64,000 bases of DNA from Octopus bimaculoides (lineage: Eukaryota), in the NCBI RefSeq assembly GCF_001194135.2, contig NC_068998.1:13716725-13780724 (forward strand), in the 5' to 3' direction. Positions 13,194 to 24,150 of the stretch are shown piece after piece. The notes beneath the pieces are model-generated. The model was given only the letters and a program-made list of their open reading frames with translations. It was not told where the DNA came from and did not search any database. Position numbers and translations under genes: made by a program. Positions within the stretch are counted from its first letter, which is position 1. Every line of letters starts with the position of its first letter.

Positions 13194-13562
13194 GTTTTCA
13201 AATTTTGGCACAAGGCCAGCAGTTCCTGAGAGGAGGCAAGTCAGTTACATCAACCAAAGTGCTCTACTAATAATGACTTTATTGACCCCTGTAAGAATGA
13301 AAGGCACAGTCAACCTTGGTGGAATTTAGCAATAATAATAATTCTACTACTACTACTACTACTAATAATAATAATGGTTTCAAATTTTGGTAGAAGGAGA
13401 GGTTAGTGAATTACATTGACCCCGCCAGTCCTCAAGACTCTGAAAGGATGAAATAATGCAAATTCAACCACAGCAGGATTTGAACTCAGAACGTAAAGAG
13501 TTAGAAGAAATGCTGCTAAACATTTTGTCTGTTGCATTGACAATTGTGTCAGCTTGGCAGCT
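12797..13562 (-). mobile_element. three SINE family B fragments (12797-12933, 13192-13328, 13375-13562) in an (AAT)n-rich cluster
   Basis: Each reads tggtttcaaattttgg...gaaaggatgaaaggc...gaactcagaa on the + strand; CpGs are decayed. Confidence 0.8.
12961..13130 (+). mobile_element. 3' end of an R4/Dong-type (restriction-like endonuclease) LINE
   Basis: MEQIGVAIRVEHLQKTALLGTA, a small deletion, then LRKVLEK*. Flanked by (AAT)n on both sides. Confidence 0.7.
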
Positions 13563-13639
13563 TACATGCTACAGCCCTAGGCCAACTAATGTCTTGTGAA
13601 TAGGATCAGTAGACGGAAGCTAGGTGGAAACCTATTATG

Positions 13640-14080
13640 TGTGTGTTTGTGCTAATGTGTGTTTGTGCTAATGTGTGTTTGTGCTAATGTGTGTTTGATT
13701 GTGTGTGTGTGTGTGTGTGCTTGTGTATGTGTGTGCTTGTGTGTGTGTCTGCGTGTGCATGAGCATGTGTGTGTGTCTGTGTCTGTGTGAGTGTGTGTTT
13801 GTCTGAGTGTGTGTGTGTGCGTTTGTGTGTGAGTGTAATGTCTGTCTGTCTGTGTCTGTGGGAGTGTGTGTTTGAGTCTGTGTGTGTGTGCTTGTGTGTG
13901 TTTGTGTGTATGTTTGTGTGTGTCTGTCTGTTTGCATGTGTGTGTCTATGTGTGTGCGTGTGTGTGAGTGTGTATGTTTGTATGTATGTGTGTGCATGTG
14001 TGTTTTTGTGTGAGTGTATCTGTGTGTTGTCAGTGTGCATTTGTCTGTGCGTGTTTTTATTTGTATGTTTGTTTGTGTGT
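13640..14080. repeat. compound (TG)-rich low-complexity tract
   Basis: Visible; source of the HT/CV-rich ORFs. Confidence 0.95.
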
Positions 14081-14689
14081 TCACTTAACTGGCAAATATG
14101 AATTGTGCCTGTAATTCAAAGGGCCTGTCTTGTCACATTCTGTAATTCTGTGTTACACTGAATCTCCCTAAGATCTACATTAATGGTATGCATGTCTTTG
14201 AAGTGCTCACCCACTTGTACATTAATTTCTCGAGCTGGCTGTTCCATTCATTGGATCAACTAGAATCCTCGTCATCGCAATTGGCAGAGCTCCAGTTTGT
14301 GTGTGAGAGTGAGAGAGAGAGAGAGCTGTGTGTGTGTGTGTGTGTAGATGTTGACATTGTGTGGCTTTGCTTATTACCGTCTAAGCAAAATGGTAATATG
14401 ATGTTTGAATTTTTTGTTGACCTTAAAACTGGTCTCCATGATTTCAAAAACCAGTAGAGTAAAACATTTTAAATGCTTTATTTGAAAAAAAACAGACAAA
14501 GCTTGCTGACAGGATGAGCATCCTGCCATAAAACGCAGCCTCAAAAAAGTTCTCTTCTAACCCATCCTAACATTAAAAAAAAACCCAGATGTTAAGCAAC
14601 AAATGTGTAACCTGAACACATTTAGTCTTCCTGTGAAATGTGGGATCTTCCAGTAAGTTGAATTCTCATTTGAAGCTGCAGTGAACAAC

Positions 14690-14807
14690 AAACACCGTTT
14701 CTTAGCTCCATGGCCCTAGAGGTTGGGGGCCACATTCGCAGGAAGAATAAACACCGTTTCTTAGCTCCATGGCCTTAGAGGTTGGGGGCCACATTCGCAG
14801 GAAGAAT
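14690..14807. repeat. 59-bp tandem duplication (2 copies, 1 mismatch)
   Basis: aaacaccgtttcttagctccatggccctagaggttgggggccacattcgcaggaagaat starts at 14690 and again at 14749. Confidence 0.95.
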
Positions 14808-15063
14808 AAATATCGTTATCATTTCACTTAGCATCCACTTTTCCATGCATTCATGGTTTAGAAAGAATTGTTTTAAGGCAGATTTCCACACTGTATGCCC
14901 TTTTTGTCATCAACTATTACCTGTTTCCAAGCAAGGTAATATTTTCCCATATCCAGATATATTTTTCTTCTCAGATGTCAGGAAATGAATGACATCATTT
15001 GTATGGTGTTGCTTATTTACAACAGTTACACAACCTTAAGACAATTGTGTCCACAGACACACA

Positions 15064-15096
<33 letters not shown>

Positions 15097-15177
15097 TCAA
15101 AGACACACACACACACAAACACACACATATGCATATATACACACGCACATGTATGCATATACACATACATTTATAAT

Positions 15178-15910
15178 GGGCTTCTTTTAGTTTCTGTCAA
15201 CCAAATCCACTCACAAGGCTTTGGTCAACTCAAGTGCCATCTAGTTGGATCGAACCCAAAACCATATGGTTTAGAAGCAACCCTCTTACCACACAGCTAC
15301 ATGTGTACCGCTATGTAACAGAATCAACAAAAATAAGTTGAATGCTTTTCAACTTCGTACTGATGTAATGATAATATTCTTTAAGAATAAGTTAATTAAA
15401 AAATAATTAAAATCTTAATTGCATTTTTTTTTTTAGCATTATCATGCAATATATAAGTTATTGATTATTTTATTCAACCAATTTACTCTAATTATAATAA
15501 TAAATTTAAAAAGAAAAAGAAAACGATTCTGGGAGTTGAGAATAATACGGCAGACTATAACTAATACCTTAGGGAACAAATGAGGGAGTTGCCTACTTAT
15601 TAGAAATAGCAGCCAAATCTTCTCTCTCTCAAATCGAAATCTATTGTTTAATGAGGAAAACAAAAAAAGGAAAGGATACATTGTATAATATTGTGTCTTA
15701 TCTTTTAACTGTTTCAGTGATTTGACTGTTGCCATGCTGGGGCTTCAGCTTGAAGGATTTTCAGTTGAACAAATTGACCCTTGGAATAATGTTTTAAGGC
15801 CTAGTACTAATTCTATCGATGAATTTTGCTGAACTGCTAAGTTATGGGGACATAAGCACACCAACACCATTTGTCAAGCAGAGGTAGACAGGGACAAACA
15901 CAGACACAAG
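15178..15910 (-). mobile_element. degenerate SINE A head (15178-15300) and SINE A tail (15700-15910)
   Basis: Matches the family consensus with CpG-to-TpG/CpA decay (gctgaactgctaagttatggggacataa vs gccgaaccgctaagttacggggacgtaa). Confidence 0.8.
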
Positions 15911-16003
15911 GACACAAACAAAGATATATACATACATGTGTGTGTGCGTGTGTGCATGCACGCATGTGTGTGTGTGTGTGTATATATATATTATTTAATT
16001 GAC

Positions 16004-16080
16004 ACATGTTTTTATGTGCTACTAATAGTTTCATATTTTGAGAAATACCTCAAACATATTCATCAGGCACAAACCACATG
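16004..16080 (-). ncRNA. type I hammerhead ribozyme motif, core intact
   Basis: Minus strand: catgtggtttGTGC-CTGATGA-atatgtttgag(gtattt)ctcaaaatat-GAAAC-tatta-GTA-GCACAtaaaaacatg. Helix I is ugugc/gcaca, helix II has 10 bp, and the cleavage triplet is GUA. Confidence 0.8.
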
Positions 16081-16279
16081 AACATGCTTGAGGTGTTTCT
16101 CAAATTATGAAACTATTAATAGCACATAATAACATGTACTGTGTCTATTAAATAATATTTATCTCTCACTAGATGGAGTACCTTTTTGTTGATCTTACCA
16201 TCATGGAACTTTACATATATATATATATATATATATAGGTGAGAAAGTTGGTATGTGAAAGCACGTAGTTGGAAGTATA

Positions 16280-16619
16280 AAAGATAAACAAGAGTGAAAA
16301 ATCTACAGAAGGCTTGTGTTATATGGTTAAAGTATATATTTAAATCGTTATGTTAGAAAAATGTTATAAAATTTTGAGTATAGAAACATTTCTATCTAGA
16401 ACCTTCCCCTATATAGAACTCCATATTTTACACCGTAGCGAAGATATGTTACGATACAGGTAGAGGAATTTGAAAAGAAAATACGAAACCGGTTATTTCT
16501 CCCAAAACAATGTTTCTATACTCAAAATTTTATAACATTTTTCTAACATAACGATTTAAATATATGCTTTAACCATGTAACACAAGCCTTCTGTAGTTTT
16601 TTGACTCTTGTTAATCTTT
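16280..16619 (+). mobile_element. Penelope-like pseudo-LTR with ~110-bp inverted tail copy and degenerate minimal hammerhead
   Basis: Inverted arms 16280-16390 and 16509-16619. Motif GAGGAAT-TTGAAAA-GAAAATAC-GAAAC-CG-GTT-ATTTCTC at 16463-16501, with a 7-bp helix I and the palindrome AACCGGTT. Inserted in (TA)n. Confidence 0.65.
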
Positions 16620-16654
<35 letters not shown>

Positions 16655-16732
16655 CTTTATACATACACACACATATACCTGTATACACACACACACACAC
16701 ACATATATACATATATAAACATATATATGAGG

Positions 16733-17130
16733 AGCTTCTTCCAGTTTCTGTCTACCAAATCAACACACGGTTTTGGTTGACCTGAGCCTATAGAAGAAGA
16801 CACTTGCCCAAAGTGCCATACAGTGGGAGTGAACCTAGAAGCATGTGGTTGGGAAGCAAGTTTCTTATTTCTTTATTGCCCACAAGGGGCTAAACATAGA
16901 GGGGACAAACAAGGACAGGCAAAGGGATTAAGTCAATTACATCGACCCCAGTGCATAACTCGTACTTAATTTATCGACCCCGAAAGGATGAAAGGCAAAG
17001 TTGACCGCGGCGTAATTTGAACTCAGAACGTAACGGCAGACAAAATACCGCCAAGTATTTCGCCCGGCGTCCTAACGTTTCTGCCAGCTCGCCGCCGGTT
17101 GGGAAACAAGTTTCTTACCACACAGCCATT
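16733..17130 (-). mobile_element. SINE A head with nested SINE B (16868-17096)
   Basis: The B copy is flanked by a 21-bp TSD ggttgggaa(g/a)caagtttctta at 16847-16867 and 17097-17117. Confidence 0.9.
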
Positions 17131-17592
17131 CCTATGGAGATTGCCGAAATTAGAACGTCGTCATTAATCGTAAACCTGCTCAACGAGGGCTTATCTGAAG
17201 CCAAACAACAACTATGTCACATGTGCCCTTAAAGCAGAAATCCACTGGTCCTAAGCAGTAAATAACTGAAAGCTGTTATGGTATTCGTTTATCTTTGGTA
17301 GGAATCTAAAACGTGATCCATTTCATATCAAAAGACTTCAGTACAAAGGCTTTAACACTAAAATATAAAGTGTCTATGGAGGTAAATGTTCAAAAAGGAA
17401 ATAAGTTTCTAGTCTAAATGAATTAAGCATCATGTTTGATGACAGCAATGTAGGCTTCATTATCACTTTTTCTTGGAACAAGAATAATTTTTAAATTGAA
17501 TTTTTATATTATTATAGCTTCACTTAATATTAATTATCTGGGATTTTAAAAGCATTGGTTTCACTTCTGTATTGTGTGTGTGTGTGTGTGAA

Positions 17593-17638
<46 letters not shown>

Positions 17639-17800
17639 TGTGTGTGTGTGTGTGTGTGTGTGTGCACGTATATATGTATATATATAAATATGTATACATA
17701 TATATATGTGTGTGTATATATGTGTGTGTATATATGTGTGTGTATATATATGTGTGTGTATATATATGTGTGTGTATATATGTATGTGTGTGTATATATG

Positions 17801-17867
<67 letters not shown>

Positions 17868-18282
17868 TGTATATCATGGAGGCTATGAGATCATGGTTTC
17901 AGTTCTCAAACCGGGCATTGTATTGCATTCTTGAACAAAACACTCCATTTCATGTTGCTCTATGATCATTTCATCATCTGACATGTGGTATGATGAGCAC
18001 CGATAGAGGTATTGTCGATTTATTGAAGGAAGTGAGCTTATGTGAATACAAACATTTGGTCACTATCAACAAATCATGTGTATGGTTGTTCAACAAAAAA
18101 TTGCAGAAGCCTCATACCCTCATACATCATTTAATAATAGGAGAGTTCCTAATCGGGCCTCACAGGTATCGTGATGCAAGCATGGAAAATAGAACTCAAA
18201 ATATGGGTTTATGTATAGTTCTAATAATATTTAGACGAAGCAACAGAGTGACTGAAGGGCCAAGATCCCGGAAAGGATGATA

Positions 18283-18588
18283 AGAAAAGTCGACCTAGGC
18301 GGAATTTGAACTCTGAACAAAAGGTCGGACGAAATGCCGCTAAACATTTGGACCGGTGTGCTACCAATTCTGCCATCTTGCCGCCTTACCCTTTTGTAAT
18401 AATCCTTTGTACTGGAGGCACAAGGCCTCAAATTTGTCGGGTGGGGACTAGTCGATTATATCGACCCCCGGAAGGGATGAAAGGCAGAGTCGACCTCGGC
18501 GGAATTTGAACTCAGAACGTAGCGACAGGCAAAACACTGCTAAGCATTTCGTCCAGCGTGTTAACGAGTCTGCCAGCTCACCACCTTT
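18283..18588 (-). mobile_element. two tandem SINE B copies
   Basis: Repeated aaagtcgacct(a/c)ggcggaatttgaactc...gccagctc; the head carries A/B-box-like motifs on the minus strand. Confidence 0.85.
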
Positions 18589-18704
18589 TCCCTTCTGCAA
18601 TATTAAGGGTTAATATGTTTGTTCGTTTCTTTTTTCTTCTCTCGCTTTTTCATTCTCTCATTGTATTAAATTTGGAAGTGAATAACATTCTTTTTTTTTT
18701 TCAG

Positions 18705-18733
18705 AAGCCTTTATAATGCATAGTATTGGAAGA
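18705..18733 (+). CDS. candidate 29-nt micro-exon, unassigned
   Basis: A ~11-T tract plus cag acceptor and a gtaagt donor. The only open frame reads xAFIMHSIGR. Confidence 0.3.
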
Positions 18734-19366
18734 GTAAGTCTGTTTGTGTGTCACAGTTCAGAACGAGAGATAGCATACATAGATGAGAGGCCATACAAAC
18801 CAGCTAAAATTGTGAAAATTCCATTTGGTTGTGTTTGCTACAGTTGTGTACAAAGACTTGATTATAGTTATCATCAACAGTAGGATGATAAAAACGAAAT
18901 ATTAGTATGACAAAACTAAGGAGGAGAATATATGACAGGAATGTTAAATAATCGCTAAAAACTCTACTTGTAAATAGAAAAGAATAAAATGTGGAAATGT
19001 TCATAGAGGTGACATGTGAAAATGCCTCACACTGTTTTATCATCAACAACAGTAGTAGCATCTACATCTGCAGTACCATCACCACCACAATTACAAACAT
19101 CAAAATTGATCTTGAAGTTATATCATAACATTCATCATGACTAAAACGATTACTAGTCATAAAGATAGCTTCATTGACTCCTCCACTACGTATTCTTTCA
19201 ACTAAAAATCCTTAATCCAAGATGTCATTTTAGTATCTTTAATCAGTTGTCAATTTTTGAGTTGTCATTTCAGTATAGTATAAGAAGCAATCCTACATCT
19301 TCTCACTAAGCTATTAAACCATAGCAATAAAGACAAGATAACCTGAAAACAACAACAACAATAATA

Positions 19367-19590
19367 ATGGTTTCTAATTTTGCTACAAGGGCAGCCATTT
19401 TGGAGGAGGGGATAAGTCGATTACAACGACCAATGTTTCATTGGTAATTAATTTATCGCACCTCCACCCCACACAAAGGATGAAAGGTAAAGTCGACCTC
19501 AGTGGAATTTGAACTCAGAACGTAAAGACAGACGAAATGCCACTAAGCATTTTGCCTAGCGTGCTAATGATTCTGCCAGCTCGCTGCCTT
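19367..19590 (-). mobile_element. SINE family B
   Basis: Matches the family consensus; the tail is adjacent to (AAT)/(AAC). Confidence 0.85.
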
Positions 19591-20423
19591 AACTATGATG
19601 ATTATAATAATAAATTTCAACTATATNNNNNNNNNNNNNNNNNNNNNNNNNNNNNNNNNNNNNNNNNNNNNNNNNNNNNNNNNNNNNNNNNNNNNNNNNN
19701 NNNNNNNNNNNNNNNNNNNNNNNNNNNNNNNNNNNNNNNNNNNNNNNNNNNNNNNNNNNNNNNNNNNNNNNNNNNNNNNNNNNNNNNNNNNNNNNNNNNN
19801 NNNNNNNNNNNNNNNNNNNNNNNNNNNNNNNNNNNNNNNNNNNNNNNNNNNNNNNNNNNNNNNNNNNNNNNNNNNNNNNNNNNNNNNNNNNNNNNNNNNN
19901 NNNNNNNNNNNNNNNNNNNNNNNNNNNNNNNNNNNNNNNNNNNNNNNNNNNNNNNNNNNNNNNNNNNNNNNNNNNNNNNNNNNNNNNNNNNNNNNNNNNN
20001 NNNNNNNNNNNNNNNNNNNNNNNNNNNNNNNNNNNNNNNNNNNNNNNNNNNNNNNNNNNNNNNNNNNNNNNNNNNNNNNNNNNNNNNNNNNNNNNNNNNN
20101 NNNNNNNNNNNNNNNNNNNNNNNNNNNNNNNNNNNNNNNNNNNNNNNNNNNNNNNNNNNNNNNNNNNNNNNNNNNNNNNNNNNNNNNNNNNNNNNNNNNN
20201 NNNNNNNNNNNNNNNNNNNNNNNNNNNNNNNNNNNNNNNNNNNNNNNNNNNNNNNNNNNNNNNNNNNNNNNNNNNNNNNNNNNNNNNNNNNNNNNNNNNN
20301 NNNNNNNNNNNNNNNNNNNNNNNNNNNNNNNNNNNNNNNNNNNNNNNNNNNNNNNNNNNNNNNNNNNNNNNNNNNNNNNNNNNNNNNNNNNNNNNNNNNN
20401 NNNNNNNNNNNNNNNNNNNNNNN

Positions 20424-20830
20424 GCGTGTGTGTATGTGAGTGTGCATGCGTGTGTGTGTATGTGAGTGTGCAAGCGTGTGTGCTTGCATGCGTGTGTGTG
20501 TGTGCGTATGTGTGTGTGTGTGTGTGTATATGTCTGTGCGCGCGTGCGAATGTGTACGTGTGCGTGTGTGTGTGTGTAGGGGTATGTGTGTGCGTGTGTG
20601 TATGTGAGTGTGCATGCGTGTGTGTGTATGTGAGTGTGCATGCGTGTGTGTATATGTCTGTACGCGCGTGCGAATGTGTACGTGTGCGTGTGTGTAGGGG
20701 TATGTGTGCGCGTGTGTGTATGTGAGTGTGCATGCGTGTGCGTGTATGTGAGTGTGCATGCGTGTGTGCTTGCATGCTTGTGTTCGTGCGTGTGTATGTG
20801 TGCGTATGTGTGTGCGCGTATGTGTGATGC
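20424..20830. repeat. compound (TG)/(CG) minisatellite
   Basis: Recurring gtgtatgtgagtgtgcatgcgtgt units. Confidence 0.9.
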
Positions 20831-20997
20831 GGTGTAAGGTAAGCCTTTCTTTATAGCACGTTGGAAATATTGCTGTATTATGACAAATGTAATCAACACT
20901 TTTCCCCCCTCTATTTGTGGACAGAAATAAAAAGGTTTGACTTGCAACACATAACAAAATAGTGTAGAAAACAAATATTGCTAAGTGTATAACATAC

Positions 20998-21041
<44 letters not shown>

Positions 21042-21137
21042 GCATTGTATTTGTATCTTTCTCTATAGTTTTATTTTACGTGAGCGAAAGTGCATTAAGA
21101 GAATGCGTGTGTATACACACATATATAGACATGCATA

Positions 21138-21740
21138 GGCGCAGGCGCGTGTGTGTGGTAAGAAGCTTGCTTCTCAACAATATAATTCCGGGTACGATCC
21201 CATTGCGCTGCACTTTGGGCATGTGCCTTCTACTAAAGCCTTGGACCGACGAAAGCCACGTGAGTGGATTTCGTAGACGGAAACTGAACGAAGCCCGTTG
21301 TTTTTATGTTTNNNNNNNNNNNNNNNNNNNNNNNNNNNNNNNNNNNNNNNNNNNNNNNNNNNNNNNNNNNNNNNNNNNNNNNNNNNNNNNNNNNNNNNNN
21401 NNNNNNNNNNNNNNNNNNNNNNNNNNNNNNNNNNNNNNNNNNNNNNNNNNNNNNNNNNNNNNNNNNNNNNNNNNNNNNNNNNNNNNNNNNNNNNNNNNNA
21501 TATATAGGTGGTGGGGAGAGATGTCTTTGTGTCTGCGTTTGTCTTTCCACCATCGCCATCACCCACCGCTCGACAACCGGTGATGGGGTGTTTGCGTAAC
21601 CTAGCGGTTCGGACACCGATAGAATAAGTACCAGGCTTTAAAAACCATAAGTACTGAGATTGATACATTCGACTAAAACAATTCTTCCAGGTTGCAGCCC
21701 CAGCATGGCCGCAGTCTAATGTCTCAAACAAATAAAAGAT
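21138..21740 (+). mobile_element. SINE family A, gap-interrupted
   Basis: Head ggcgcaggcg..., tail ...ccccagcatggccgcagtctaatgtctcaaacaaataaaag. Confidence 0.85.
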
Positions 21741-21848
21741 AAGAGAGAGAGAGAGAAACACACATAAACATATATGAATATACAAACACATTACACATAT
21801 ATGCACACACATCTACATACACTTATACACACATACATACACGTACGT

Positions 21849-21887
<39 letters not shown>

Positions 21888-23019
21888 CATACACACATAC
21901 AACTGCTTCAAAACCTGCTATTATTGTACTTTGATTATAAATTGATATTAACATCAATATTTATTAAGCAGTTACGACCTAAATGGCAATTTGGGAAAGT
22001 TGGGATTTTCAGGCAAAAAGGGAGACCAACTAACACGAACTTTACAGACACAACTTGCAAGTAGAACAATAAAACTGAGCAAGGCATTCTTGAGGTGCAA
22101 TATGGAACAGTTGTTGTTATCAAACTCCAGTGATGAAGTATTACTTAGTGGGGAAAAAAAAAGAGCTCTCTCTTGCTGGGAAAGTTATTTATTCGACACC
22201 CGCTGTCGTTCGCCACCTGTTACAAGTTTAATACACCTTTAATGCATGTTTAATGCACGAGAAAACATCATCAGCGTAAGCTGAAGGCTGACACCGAAAT
22301 GTTATCATCTTTATCCTCGTTTAACGTCCTTCTTTCCATGCTAGGAACCGAACTTCAATGTCTGCTTTGGCATTGCTTCTACAGCTGGATGTACAAAGTG
22401 TGTACTGGGGGTATTTTACATGGCACCAGCACTAAGAAGCTCACAAAGTAGTTGCAAGACAAAACTGGCCGAGTGAGTGGGGTATAATATTGAAGGAGAG
22501 GAAAGAATGATAGAGGGACAACAACAGTTGTCTTGTTGAAGAAGAAATACGTGGCTTCCTCAGATAGAAAGAGAAATGGTGAGAACGTAGTGGATCTACA
22601 ATAAAACTAATGAATTTTAAGTTTCAAGGTCTCTAATAGTGGAAGAACCTGAGAGACAACTTCATTTTAATTAACGATTGTTTTATCACCTCTCAGATTT
22701 GGTAGTACTTATACTGTTTTGAGTTATTGTTTTATAACACTTTTTTCCTCAAGAGAAGACCACATAATGAAGCTGAATAAATAAACAAACAAAAAAGTGT
22801 CCTCTGATCAAAGGAGGTAAATTTCCAAGGGACTCCAGAAGAAAGCCGAAAATATTGACACTAAATTGAAATGAAATAAATAAGATGACGAAATGGAGGT
22901 ACATTCCCCAAGAGATTCTTGTAGAGAGCCGAAAGTGCAAAAACAAGATGTAAACAAAATCAACGGTAACATACACAAAAGCAGAAATCAGAAACATCAC
23001 TGAAAAAAATGCTGTTATG

Positions 23020-23050
<31 letters not shown>

Positions 23051-23167
23051 CTTCCTTCTATTTCTCCACGCACACCCATACTCGCTTTTCCCCAGCAGAT
23101 AAGTAAGTATAACTCTTTATAAATTGACAAATTGACTCTTCTACCAGTACTTGATTGCAGGCAAATG

Positions 23168-24150
23168 ATGGGTTCCAAACATGAGCAATATGCTGTTATT
23201 GAGTTCTTCCCGATGGAGGTCTTCAAGCTACCTTCCAGTGAAGGTCACGGTTTCTTTTTTAAAAAAACAAAGAGGCACTATTGACAAGAGCAATTTGGAC
23301 AGTTGTACGGAGAAGTTTAAAAAAGGAAGACCACCGTTGACAACAAACCACACAGGAAACTATCAATTGGAAGTGGAAGAATTGATTCACGCGGAGAGAC
23401 AAGTCACAATCCATGAGCTGGTCGCACAACTGGACTGTGGTTATAATACATTACAGAAGGCACCGGAAGATTAGATATCAGAAAAGTGTGTACGAAGTGG
23501 ATACCTCTCCAGCTGATATCCGATTTGAAAGAATGATAGATGAAAGTTTGTTCTGATCTGTTGGACGTGCTGAAGTCTATAAAGACACAATTTTTTCCAC
23601 TCTGGTGACAAGAGATGAAATGTTGCTTTATAGTAATGATCTAGTATCGAAGGCTCAATCTACGGAATTGCGTCTATCCTCTTTGGCAAAGCTTAATAAG
23701 TTCAAGAGCTATTGATCGGCACAGGCATCGTGATGACTGATTTTGGCGGATGTAAAAAAGGCATCGTTCTCCGTGATTTACTGGAATGTAACTATGCTGT
23801 GAAGGGTGAGCAGCAAATTAAGACACTCAAAATGTTCAGAGAAGCCATTGAGAAGAAAAGACCAAACTAAAATCTGACAACGATCCACATTCACCATGGG
23901 AATGCATGACCGAATGCAACAAATCAGGAATCGACAAATCAATTCGCTCAGTGTCGCCTCTCAACCGCACAGCCCATATCTGGTAACTTTCAACTTCAAA
24001 CTGTGCAATCCAATGAAGAACAGTCTTCGGACACAACAGACGGAGTAGAAGTAATTAAACCTGTACAAAACTGAATGTTTTCCAAGAGGACTCGAGAGTT
24101 GTGTTCACGATGGCGCAAATGCAGTGCTTGACATGGAGTCTACCTTAAAT
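23168..24150 (+). pseudogene. mariner (DD34D-type) transposase pseudogene
   Basis: MGSKHEQYAVIEF start; HTH region GRP...VEELIHAERQVTIHEL; RKVCTKWIPLQL (WVPHEL-like); LVTRDE; HHGNA; HSPYL (YSPDL-like). Many stops and frameshifts. Confidence 0.9.

Noticed and set aside
13668-14101. Long HT/CV/YI-rich ORFs here and at 17.5-17.9, 20.4-20.8, 33.0-33.4, 41.8-42.3 and 52.9-53.2 kb
   Set aside because: They are translations of dinucleotide microsatellites, not genes.
17205-17253. Minus-strand DQWISALRAH, resembling a PH-domain terminal helix after a ttag acceptor
   Set aside because: Only ~12 codons, a weak donor, and no other PH-like exons found.
19537-20974. 200-460 aa ORFs spanning X runs (also at 33.4, 42.7, 43.8, 50.9, 59.4 and 60.7 kb)
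   Set aside because: They are open only because they cross N-gaps.
21991-22242. 83-aa plus-strand ORF after a ttttcag acceptor
   Set aside because: Poor polypyrimidine tract, no donor and no recognisable homology.
22270-22300. CTGAAGGCTGACACCGAAATGTT, hammerhead-like
   Set aside because: The core is incomplete and there is no helix I pairing.
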